From Octopus bimaculoides (taxonomy: Eukaryota), in contig NC_068982.1 of assembly GCF_001194135.2 (NCBI RefSeq), positions 114,000,414 through 114,064,413 on the forward strand: a stretch of DNA of 64,000 nucleotides. The letters are read 5' to 3'. Position 1 is the stretch's first letter. Each line of letters begins with the position of its first letter. This document shows positions 26,430 to 37,693 of the stretch, piece by piece. The position numbers and the translations under genes were made by a program. A model generated the notes under the pieces. The model was not told the origin of the DNA. It made no database searches and saw only the letters and a program-made list of their open reading frames with translations.

Positions 26430-26744
26430 TATACATACATATACACATACATACACTCACACACATATATTTATATGCAATCATATATTCTATTTTGTGT
26501 ATTCACCCTACACGTGAGCTTATTTGTTCTGGTTCACTCTTAGAACTTCATCAGAAGGAGGGTACAGTGTTCTGCTCCTGATAGATTTTTTCTGATTAAG
26601 CACAACAGATGAGACCATCTGTAAGGTAAATGTCAAATAAGAAATATTGATGCTCTGTTATACTCTACATCTTATCAAGTATTGAGTGCAGTGCACTATT
26701 AAATTGTGGTCTTCGTAGTTTTGTAACCAAGAATATCATACACA

Positions 26745-26807
<63 letters not shown>

Positions 26808-26838
26808 NNNNNNNNNNNNNNNNNNNNNNNNNNNNNNN

Positions 26839-26880
<42 letters not shown>

Positions 26881-26887
26881 TATGTAT

Positions 26888-26923
<36 letters not shown>

Positions 26924-27934
26924 GTATATGTATGTATGTATATACAAATTTGTTACCAGTTCAAGTATGCTTGAGGCATATTGAAATCCATAAGAAAGCC
27001 ATTCATGTATTTTGTAATGGAGAAAACTTTCCACTGGAGACAAATAGGTGTAAATACACCAAGTATATATATATATATGTATGTATTTAAGCTTCCCTGT
27101 TGCATAAATTATCAAAATATATGAATGCATATAACATATATATAGATCACTCCCCAGCTATACGTCTATCAATTCCTCCATTCTTTTCACTGAATCAGTT
27201 TCATTGACCCTCCCTGTCAGGCTTTCTTCTTTCACTTTTTTCTGTCCTATTTTCTATCAGACCAGACTCAGTTCTTTTAATGTTTTGATTCTCTTCTACA
27301 ACTTATTAGCTTTGAGCATTCCTCACCCCTTCCCACACACTCTACTACCCTTGTATTCATACAGTTTTTTTTTTCTCCCTTACATTAAACATTGAATTTT
27401 CTATTTGTTTTAACTCCTTTATATATTTTATGATAAACCTTATTTATTTGTTCCATATACTTTACTACAGAACTATTTTCATTTAGTTCCAGCATAGGAG
27501 CCACTCAATTATACTTCTTGTGTAATCATAGAAATAGCCATTTGCTAATATTTTAATATTTTATTTCAACTAAATTATTCACACACACATATATATATAT
27601 ACACATAGACACTACTTGTTATAAATACCAGATGACATCCATATCATCACTGTTATTATTGTTGTTATTGTTTTGTTATTGTTAGCATAATTCTTGTACA
27701 TGATTGTAGCAATATTTGTTTGATGACAGTAGTTAAATTTGATCTTAAAACTGTTTCTTTCATACTTGTCATTTGAAATTGCTTTCTTATGTAAATTATG
27801 ACTTCCTTTTATCACAGTCCAAGTCTTTATGTCTTCAAAATATTAAGCTTGAGCTCAACTCTCTCTGAAACAAGCCTACAAAATCTCGGAGCATACATTA
27901 AACAATTTATTTTGTATGTATGTATGTATGAATC

Positions 27935-27973
27935 ATTATCATTATTATTATTATTATCATTATTATTATTATC

Positions 27974-28035
<62 letters not shown>
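27935..28035. repeat. (ATT)n microsatellite
   Basis: Direct reading; gives the poly-N/poly-L ORFs in the track. Confidence 0.95.
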
Positions 28036-28036
<1 letters not shown>

Positions 28037-29172
28037 TGTTTGCACTCCCAAAGACAAACCAACAGATTTTATGAAACCATTGTTGCTCTTTTTTATTCTA
28101 TGTCCAATCCAACACTTTTTTTGATAATATTAAAAAGTGTATTTATCTACATTCTTTGTTTTTGTGTTGTTTATATGTATATGAATGGCTGAATGACAGA
28201 ATTGTTAGAGTATCAGATAAGACACCATGTGTATTTGGTTACCATGTCATTTTTTCATTTTAATTTAAAACCTTGTTCACTTTCACTTTCACTCTTTCAA
28301 AGCTGGTAAAATAATTATAGGGGTTGATCTAATCAAGCGAGAAGGTGATGCCTCAAAGAGGAAATATTGCATATTTATTTATTTGCTTTATTTTCTAGAA
28401 ATGTGATAATTAAAGTTAATTTAAGATTCTTCTGTTACTAAATTTAACACAAGGTACTCATGTGTTACTACCCCAGCATGACCACAGTCCTTTGAAACAA
28501 CTAGATATATATAATGTTTTATATATNNNNNNNNNNNNNNTATATAATGTATAAAACATTGTCTGTTAACACTGTATGCCCTGAGATCTCTCTTAACAAG
28601 CCACTAGTATTTGTAATCTTAGCTACTTAGGTTATGTATCTAATTTGGATGGTCAAAGTGGTGATGTAACTCTGGTGTAGTGGTTAACATAAAACTATTG
28701 TTTGCAACACATACGGTGTTCAAACCCAGTAGTTTATGTTACTTTTCTTCATCTTGTCTGTGTGTGTGTGTGTGCGTGTGCACGCGTATGTGTAATATTA
28801 GGATTGTTAATTTAATTAATAAACATTTACTGGTAAAAGGACTCAATATTGGCAGTTGACTCTAATTTATTATGCATATTGGCTAGAAATCACCTGACAG
28901 TAAAACAAAGCTATTTAATTCCAAGATTAAAGCAGAAAATTATTTTATATGGACTTTGCTTATAAAAAGACAAATGTTAGGGGGGGGGGGGGAAACGGTG
29001 ATTTTAACTCACAGCATTCAATTATTAAACATTCATAACTGGAATGAATAAATAAAATTGAATATTATGTATTTATGAAATTTTGATTTAATGTCAGGTG
29101 TCTTTTGGCCAACCCTGTATATGAATAATGAGAGTTGACTGTGATTTCAAGTTTTACCTCTCAATATATGTG

Positions 29173-29509
29173 TGTATTGTAAGATACCGAAATAAATTTA
29201 TTTCTCAAATGCGTGATAATGCTATAAATAGCGTGATCAGGATAAATTATCCATACATTACAGAAAAATACGTTACTGGCCAGCCATGAGACTCGAACTC
29301 ACATCTCTGTGATTACACGTCAAGTGTTTTTGGGCAGTTTAGTTTAATGGTAAAACACTTAACGCGTAATCACAGAGATGTGAGTTCGAGTCTCATGGCT
29401 GGCCAGTAGCGTATTTTTCTGCAATATATGGATAATTTATCCTGGTCACGCTATTTATAGCATTATCACGCGTTTGAGAAATAAATTTATTTCTGTTTCT
29501 TACAATACA
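29173..29509. repeat. Long inverted repeat (158-bp arms, 21-nt spacer)
   Basis: 29173-29330 is the reverse complement of 29352-29509, with 9 substitutions and no indels by manual alignment. Confidence 0.95.
29332..29405 (+). tRNA. tRNA-Thr-like gene/pseudogene or SINE head
   Basis: GGGCAGT..GCTGGCC-A acceptor stem (one mismatch), D-arm GTTT-AATGGT-AAAAC, T-arm GTGAG-TTCGAGT-CTCAT, and loop C-G-CGT-AA (the left-arm copy reads TGT; both Thr). The anticodon stem is poorly paired. TTTTT follows at 29413-29417. Confidence 0.5.
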
Positions 29510-30400
29510 TCTCAACGCTTCTAAAAACAAACTTTGTTTCTTTACTTTCATATGTATGTATGTTTAATTTCTCTTCCTGTCTTTTCCTTCCCTGTTGTTT
29601 TTCAGTATTTATGCCTGTTCGTATAATACGGACAGTTTGATTAGATTACTATTAAGAGTATATTATTAACTGTAAAAGACACCATTTTGAGATAAAAAGG
29701 AGCAACAAGTTTATTGACAGAACTCAAACTATGAATCTATTGCTTGGCAGATGTTCACATCAATGATTATTTCGTAGTATCTAATGTGAAAAGAGCAACT
29801 GACAGTTGATCTTGGTGTAATCAATAACACGGTCATTGAGCAAGCCATAGGTTTGTAGTTTGAGTTTTATTAGTTCACCGTTGTTAACAGAAGTATCTGC
29901 TGTGTATTTTTTCAGAGAAGAGAACTTTTTCTGCAATGTATATAAAATACAAAGTGCAGTGGATTTTTAAAGGGAACAAAGAGAGCCTTTAAAGTATAAT
30001 TGGTTGGAGGCTATCTGGATTTTGATCAAGCAATGAGAAAGTATGCAATATTTTCAAGATAAGAGACTAAAGGGAGAAAAGTAGTATAAATATATAGTAG
30101 GAAAGCTAATGAGAACTTTATAAAAGAAAGTTTATTATTTTGATGTCTAACATTTTCTTCGCTTTCACTTCAATTTGCATTTCCTCTGCTGTTAAACACT
30201 TTTGATTGACGTTTTCAAATTTTAAACGTCACTAGGGTGAGTTTTATTGACAAATTTCATGAATCATTTCAGTTGATTGAAGTTTTCAACTCACTATATT
30301 AGATATGTGAGGCTCTACTTTTGTTAATAGTGCCTCCTCTTAAAAGGAATTTCTGTGAGTTATTTTTTTGCATCTAATTACTTGTTCACTTATAAAAAAG

Positions 30401-31199
30401 ACTAGCCTTGAAGCAGCATTTCGGCTTCGTGCAGCATTTAGGCTAGCTGCTGCAGAGGGCACCATTGAGGCCTTCGGATCCACTATCAAGCCGCTTCACA
30501 GCCCTCTGCCCAGGTATAATGTAATGGATTCGGACACATTCATTGTATATGTATCTCTTGGTATTAATTATGCGATACCTCATTCCAAACTCCCTACCCG
30601 ACATATATCGACACACCCATACCCATACACTCAATACCTATACTTCACTCACACCAATACTTAAACCTCATGTCCCATTAATTTGTTGTTCATTCAACAT
30701 GTAACGTCAATTCCATCTCTGTAACGGTGCGTCGGTGTATCAACCTTTGGACCACTTACTGTCAGCTTTGCCAGTCGACATCCAGCTAGTTTCTAGTTTC
30801 TGCAGATGTGCTAAGCTCTGATGCACATAGTTTAATCAATATGCGTAAGAGCGAGGTAAATGCAGTAAAAATAGGGGGTCAATGGGACCCCATTTAAACA
30901 GCCCTTCAGAAATTGAACCTACTTACGATACTCCCTGAGAGTTCATAGGATGAAATTCATTGTCATTGCTCCGATTTGGTCGTCAATGCCATGCATTTAG
31001 TTTTAAATGTAGTAAAAATAGGGGGATGTGGGGCCCCAATTAGGTGACCCTTAAAAAAATAGAACCCCTTAGGACACTCCCTGGGATTAGGAGAGTTGCT
31101 GGTTTGAGATTCGTTGTCTTTTCACCAGCGGTCTAGAAAGAGTTAATGAACATAACAACGTAACGGATAGAGAGACATCATTCAAATTTATATCAAGAT
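30401..31199 (+). mobile_element. Non-autonomous Lep1/HINE-like Helitron-type element with two ~147-bp internal repeats
   Basis: Starts ACTAG..ggcttcg, ends gcggtctagaa..acataacaacgtaacggatagagagaca..aaatttatatcaagat. Internal repeat units start at 30858 and 31005. Confidence 0.5.
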
Positions 31200-31903
31200 T
31201 AAACAAAAATACTAATGAAAGCCATCCAAAGAATGACCAGTGACCACGTTATTTTAAGACTGGTGAGATTGATGCTTAACTGGAACAACCAAAATACGGA
31301 TGGAATGTAAACTAGGCGTTTGGTACAAGTACTTGCAACAGAGTCAATTCATACAAAGACAAGCAGTAAAATAAATCAGTTGCAATCTGAGATAGGTCTA
31401 TGTAAGAACAGTAATTAATATCCAGGTAAGACACGAACGAAAACAGAGTAAAAGAAACACAAACAAGAGTGCAAAATCGATAAAATTACGCTGTGGAGGA
31501 AATGAAAACATCGTGGTCCGGAGACACGTTCTTTGATAAAATAGAAGTTAACTAGATGAAAATAGAAAGCAAAACAAGAAAACGAATGTAGAACATGTTG
31601 GGAGATACACATGGAAGAGAGAAAGTCAATTGAGTAAAGGTGTTTTCGTCAGAGATGAGTGAGCATGCTGTAATGCGTGCTCATGAGCATACAAAGGCTG
31701 AAGTGTATGAGGAAGAGTATGAAAACAAAATGGTGTTCATCAAATCAGGTAAACTGTTAGGCCTATTATTCCTTGACAAACTTAGTTGTCATTAGCATTG
31801 ATCTAAATAATAGTGATGTAGATTCTGGGGAGATTCATGGCCAGCTGCGACATTTTTTCAATCGGTGGGTGAATTAAGTTGTTTTCAGAGAATTTATTTT
31901 AAT

Positions 31904-32271
31904 TGTTGGCACTCCGTCGGTTACGACGACGAGGGTTCCAGTCGATTTGATCAACGGAACAGCCTGCTCGTGAAATTAACGTGCAAGTGGCTGAGCACTC
32001 CACAGACACGTGTTTCCTTAACGTAGTTCTCGGGGATATTCAGCGTGACACAGTGTGACAAGGCTGACACTTTGAATTACAGGCACAACAGAAACAGGAA
32101 GTAAGAGTGAGAGAAAGTTGTGGTGGAAGAGTACAGCAGGGTTCGCCACCATACCCTGCCGGAGCCTTGTGGAGCTTTAGGTGATTTTGCTCAATAAACA
32201 CTCGCAACGCCCGGTCTGGGAATCGAAACCGCGAGTCCACTGCCCTAATCACTGGGCCATTGCGCCTCCAC
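31904..32271 (-). mobile_element. tRNA-derived SINE (ggaggcgcaatggcccagtggttagggc head), 10-bp TSD
   Basis: Near-identical to 46753-47134. ttattttaat is duplicated at 31894-31903 and 32272-32281. Confidence 0.92.
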
Positions 32272-33183
32272 TTATTTTAATAAATACATTCAAAAAGATG
32301 TTAAAAAAAGGAAAGAAATATGAATTTTATGAACAGGTATCGCAGTTTTCATCTTAAAGTGGAGTCTTGCTTGACTCTACCGGAAATTAAGTTTGAAATG
32401 TTGCATAGATATTACTCTAGGAGAATTTGAACCATTGTTCACATTGAGAAGGTGTCATACTGATAAAATAATATCATTATTAACCTAATTAATTAAATTG
32501 CTAGTGGGGGTACATTTTAATTTCTTTTCTCAGAATTAATCAAAGCATACTTAATAAGATAATGTGAATAAGAATTAATGGCAATGGAATGAAAACACTC
32601 CCAAGTGACAGAGAAAACAAATTGACTGATTTGTTCCAAGAAATCGTTATAAATTGAAGTCCACTGAACGCCGAGATAAGTGTCTCACATAATTATATAT
32701 TTATGCTTTTGTAGTGTAAACATACATACACACGACATGTGAACAAGTGCATTCGCTAAGCACAGAGAATATTCATTTGGATTTAAAGGTAGCTTTAGAT
32801 TTTAAAATATTTAGTTGTATGTTATAAGTTTAAAATATACCTAGACTTGCATTTGAAATTATTGTCGTTGGTAAAATCGAATGTAATTTTCTGTAATATG
32901 CTATCTCTGCTAAATACAAATAACAGTTACGTCTTGTTGACATACTATGGTTACATTTAATATATTAAATAATCACTAAGTTATATTCATTGTTAGAGTT
33001 GCTTGAAAACAAAACTGCCATATTTAAAGAGATTTAAGAGGGGAAGAGATTATTGTAAACCTTATATAATGCACTTGTTTCATACAAATAAACAGGAAAA
33101 TAGTATTCATATATATGGCAAGTTTAAGCAGTAATTTTCAAACGAACAACACAAAAAAAGTCATACACACAAACATACATATT

Positions 33184-33239
<56 letters not shown>

Positions 33240-33244
<5 letters not shown>

Positions 33245-33622
33245 GAGAATATACGAAAAAACAACAACAGACGAGGACAGGTGGTGTAAATAACAAAAGG
33301 ATGTATTAGTATGACGCTCGGCAATACGGAAAGTCTTTGACGTTTCGAGCTACGCTCTTCAACAGAAAGAATACGGAGACAAGGAGAAAAACACGGAGAA
33401 AAAAAATTGAATAGTGTCCAGTCAAGGTAATTGTAAGACAACAAAAGAATGAAAGAGACCACGATATTATGTAAAAAGAGGAATTTATTTGCAATATATG
33501 TGACAATTATTCGTTTGCCATTATAAAACTCCGAGTTTCGGATGTCGGGGCGGAAACCTACACCGGCATCTCTTCAGTTATCGAGGTAATTAAAATATTT
33601 TAATTGCCTCGATAACTGAAGA
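33240..33622 (-). mobile_element. Penelope-like element remnant with hammerhead motifs and inverted-repeat junction
   Basis: Two CTG(A/T)NGA...GAAAC motifs on the minus strand, and a palindrome at 33571-33622 running into a gap. Hammerheads and inverted pseudo-LTRs are known PLE hallmarks. Confidence 0.6.
33521..33582 (-). ncRNA. Type I hammerhead ribozyme motif
   Basis: Minus strand: ataa-CTGAAGA-gatgccgg(tgtaggtttccgcc)ccgacatcc-GAAAC-tc-g-ga-GTT-ttat. Stem I is ataa/ttat, stem II is imperfect, stem III is quasi-palindromic, and the cleavage triplet is GUU. Confidence 0.6.
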
Positions 33623-33632
33623 NNNNNNNNNN

Positions 33633-33699
<67 letters not shown>

Positions 33700-33892
33700 C
33701 ACATACACACACATATGTATAGATATACAAGCATGTCAAATTTACCTAGTTCACTTTATACTGAAAAAAATGAGGAACATCTTTAATCGATTTTCGATCC
33801 TAATTGGTATCTCGTCAGAGCTGTATATATCATTTCAAGAATACAAATGACAACAAGTAGCAAATCTATTTACATACATATATGTTTAAATG

Positions 33893-34170
33893 TGGGAGGG
33901 TGCATGGCCTTAGTGGTTAGGGTGTCACGAAATCGTTGCTTCAATTCCCTAACTCGGTGGTGCGTTGTGTTCTTGAACAAAACAGTTTATCTTACAGTCT
34001 GTCGATTCTCTCGACATCTACATCGTGGCGCACCGTACACATGTTCAGACAAGGTAGATTTGATGGTAGGCGTGAGCTAATGTGCAGCACATGCATTTGA
34101 TTGCTATAAACAAATCATTTGTGTGGGTTGCTTAGCAAGATATTACAGAACTGTCTTTCTTGGACTACGT
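33893..34170 (+). mobile_element. Decayed tRNA-headed SINE with CORE-like gttgtgt(c)cttg-(a)caa-aca block
   Basis: gcatggccttagtggttagggtg A-box-like head, followed by gcgttgtgttcttgaacaaaacagtttat. Confidence 0.5.
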
Positions 34171-34593
34171 AAGGCTACCACTGGGCAAGAACACGCTCTT
34201 TTATAAATATAAAACGTGAGCAACGGGTTGCTGGTTGAACTAGTCTAGGCTCTTAAAATCCATTTCCCTAATCAGGGTAGAAAAACAGTTAGCTGTAAGA
34301 AATGTATAGTTCGAGCTATATATAAATATATTTGGTGAAGAAAGCAAAGTAGCTGATAACCTTCACAGCTGTTTCAAAAATTCGGCGATTTGTTGATGTA
34401 ATATAGGACATTACGCAAACGGGTGTGCTTACTGATGCAACAATACACACGGAACAAGTAGAAAATTCTATAAACACATAAGCATGATAGATAAATATCA
34501 TCAAGCTGGAAGCGCTGACGTGCCGAACATTATCTTCAGAAGGAAGAGTGGCAATATTTTATAACAGATTATTATTATTATTATTATTATTAT

Positions 34594-34920
34594 TAAGTAC
34601 CAGCTGAGTACTGGGGTCGATGTAATCGACTATTTCCCTCCCATCAATTTCAGGCCTTGTGCCTATAGTAGAAAGAATCATTATTATTATTATCATATGA
34701 AGGCGGCGAGCAGGCTGAACCGTTAGCATGTTGGGCAAAATGCTTAGCGACGTTTCGTACGTCGCTACGTTCTGAGTTCAAATTCTGCCGAGGTCGACTT
34801 TGCCTTTCATCTTTTCGGGGTCGATAAATTAAGTACCAGTTGAGTACTGGGGTAGATGTAATCGACTTAACTCCTCCGTCCAAATTTCAGGCTTTGTGCC
34901 TATAATAGAAAGAATCATCA

Positions 34921-34965
<45 letters not shown>

Positions 34966-35180
34966 GAAGGTGGTGAACGGGCAGAATCGTTAGTATGCTG
35001 GACAAAATGCTTAGCGGCATTTCGTCCGTCTTCACGTTCCAAGTTCAAATTCCGTTGAGGTCGATTTTGCCTTTCTTCCTTTGTGAGTCGATGAACTAGG
35101 TACCAGTGAAACACTGAGATCGATGTAATCGACTACTCCCCTTCCTCCAAATTTCAGGCCTTGTGCCTATAGGAGAAAGG

Positions 35181-35181
<1 letters not shown>
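34594..35181 (+). mobile_element. Head-to-tail chain of three SINEs (34594-34680 truncated, 34700-34915, 34967-35181) separated by (ATT)n
   Basis: Each copy ends in cttgtgcctata.tagaaag(a/g)at followed by (ATT)n; copies 2 and 3 are both preceded by atatga. Confidence 0.9.
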
Positions 35182-35213
<32 letters not shown>

Positions 35214-35222
35214 TAATTATTA

Positions 35223-36100
35223 TCTCTTTTAAGCTTTTGCACTGGCAGTTGTTATACGACACTATACCATAAGAGCAAGCCATATCCAATAGCCAAAAGG
35301 TCCTTTGGGTCATTTCTTCTCCTTCAGCCTTCTAACACCCACCTTAGAATCCTTACTGTTTCTAACAAGGCTGTTTTCTGCAAAAGTCCCATTTTGACGG
35401 CAATTCCTAGCTTTTCAAACCAGGCATCCAATCTTTTACTAATTGCTCCCAGTGCGCCAGCCACAATCTTCAGATCCTAGTATTTCTTAAATTTCTCAGT
35501 TTCCTTTTCATCCCTCCTGTGGTCCCACAATGAAGCAATATCCACAATAATTGCTTGTTGCTTTTTTTTTTCCTTTCCAATACAACAATGTCAGGTTTTC
35601 TAGCCACGATAAGATGGTCACACTGGATGGTCATGTCTCAAAAGGTCTTATATTGTTCGTTTTCAGCAGCCCTTTCCAGTCGGTGCTCATACTCTTTCTC
35701 AATTTTGCTCATATCATACTTATGACAGAGCTTCCAGTGAACTAATCTGGCAATGCTGTCGTGCCTTCTCTTGTAATCTTGTCTTGTTTCATCATTGCTT
35801 AGAAATTTCATCTTTGTTACTTCTGCCATCAGTATCTCCTTTAAACTTTTTACATACCATGCCAGATTATTTTCCTCAGGCTTCACACACATTTCAGAAC
35901 TAATGAGACCTCTTCCTCCTCTCTGTCGTGATAGATACAACCTGTTCGCGACATTTCTGGGAAGGGGTACAGAATACCTAGTAGTGCCATCATTTTCCTA
36001 ATCTTTCTATCAAGCTCCTTAAGTTTATTACGTCTCTACTCTATCTCACCAGCACTGAACCTTAGAGTTGCAAGGCCCTTGTGTTGACAGCCAGTGTCTA
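35223..36100 (-). mobile_element. R4/Dong-type non-LTR retrotransposon 3' fragment (RLE endonuclease)
   Basis: DYKRRHDSIARLVHWKLC..IQCDHLIVARKPDIVV..IIVDIAS..EKETEK.KKY.DLK..GALGAI..LQKTALLETVRILR. The 3' end abuts (TAA)n. Confidence 0.85.
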
Positions 36101-36309
36101 ATTCCTACCACTTAACTTTGTTTTCAATACCAATTTCAGTCTCCGATTACATTCCGTCGATAACAGCTCTTTTATTTCCTTCTCTTTTATCAGGATGCCT
36201 AAGTATTTATACTCGTTGTCGTCACTTCCCCCATAACTTCTCCATCATGAAAACTGTCAGCTTTATTTTGCTGAGCATGATGGAAAGTGCCAGTTGTTCA
36301 AAGCCAGCA

Positions 36310-37070
36310 GACTAAGGTGACACTTGTTTACTGATCATGCTTCAAGAGTCCTACAGAGAACTCTTACAGTTACAAGCAATGATGATTTTCGTTGGTGTTC
36401 TATTTTTATGTTTGTTCCAATCTTCTTGAGCCACTTTGGTTGTTGGTTACTGATACTTCCAAGCGCATCAATCACTATTGGTATTACGTCCACTTTCTTC
36501 ATTGCACGTAGCCTGCACACAACCTTCAATTCATCAACAACTATGATGAATTAAAGTATTTTCCACTTATATTCATTATAGTTGTTCACTGGTTTTTCTT
36601 TCCCTTCAATTCTATCGTCACTTAAACATGCTATGTCAATTATCAGGCATTTGTTTACTTTTCTGTTCACTACAATGTCAGATTTTCGATATTTAATCTG
36701 ATGGTCACACTGAATCATTGCTTCCCACAGAATTTTGCAATCCTCATTCTCAGTAACTCGTTCTGAGATTTGGTCCTACCACATCTTTGATCTTTCTAGG
36801 CTATAATTTCTACAAAGATTCTAATAGATCATTCTTGCTACATTATCATGTCACCTTTTGTATTCCCGTTGTGCCAATTTCGGGCATCCTTTAACAATAT
36901 GCCACACTTTTCACCCCTTTCACCACATATTCTACGTTTGTTGCTCTCAATTTTATTAACTCTGCTCTTCATCTAGTTTGTCCTCAATGATTGTTCTTGT
37001 GCCACGCAACAGTGCTGCTGTTTCTATCTTCAAGTCACACCTTTGCATCCCTAATCACCGGTCTTCTGTA
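36310..37070 (-). mobile_element. Second R4/Dong-type fragment
   Basis: DLKIETAALL..RICGE..GCPKLAQREYKR.HDNVAR..IQCDHQIKYRKSDIVV..LIIDIAC..KKVDVIPIVIDALG..KSSLLVTVRVL. Confidence 0.85.
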
Positions 37071-37644
37071 TCTATCCTTGTACAGTTTTTTCCCTTTCCA
37101 CGCTATTTCTTTTTATTCCTTTCTTTTATTCGTGTTTTTTTCCCTCCTTCTTTAAATTTTTCTTTCTTAACACAGTTATCAGTTTGGATGGATGATGCCG
37201 GATATCTTCGTATGCATCAACAATACTTCCACAGAGTTATTATTATCCTTCTAATGTTACGTCTATTTCATTGATGTTTCTATGCTCTTAAATGTAAACT
37301 TGCTGCCAAAAAGTTTGCATTTTGTCACTCTTCCTTTCGAAGAAAAATTTCGGCATGACAACACTTCCAAGTTGATCATACACAAGCATCAGTACACAAA
37401 CTTGTTTGTGTGGTATACATTATTAAATCAACAAATCACTGAATTCTTGAAACAGCTGTACAGCATATCGAGCATCTTTTTTTTCTTCGCCGAATATCTT
37501 TATGATTACTTTGTGTAACATTTGTTATAAATGATATAATGGCATATATACATACTTTTTCATCTTTTGTCTTTTATATATATGCATACGCACGTACGCA
37601 TATATTATATGTATATATGTATGTGAATCTTTATTTATAAGTGC

Positions 37645-37693
<49 letters not shown>

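Noticed and set aside
26544-26625. Plus-strand AG...GT bounded 82-nt candidate exon
   Set aside because: All three frames contain stops and there is no independent support.
29095-29122. Single Tc1-like TIR (tggccaaccctgta)
   Set aside because: No partner TIR was identified.
34360-34380. acagctgtttc / gaaacagctgta hammerhead stem III remnants (also about 37450)
   Set aside because: The catalytic CUGANGA and stem II are missing; at most PLE debris.
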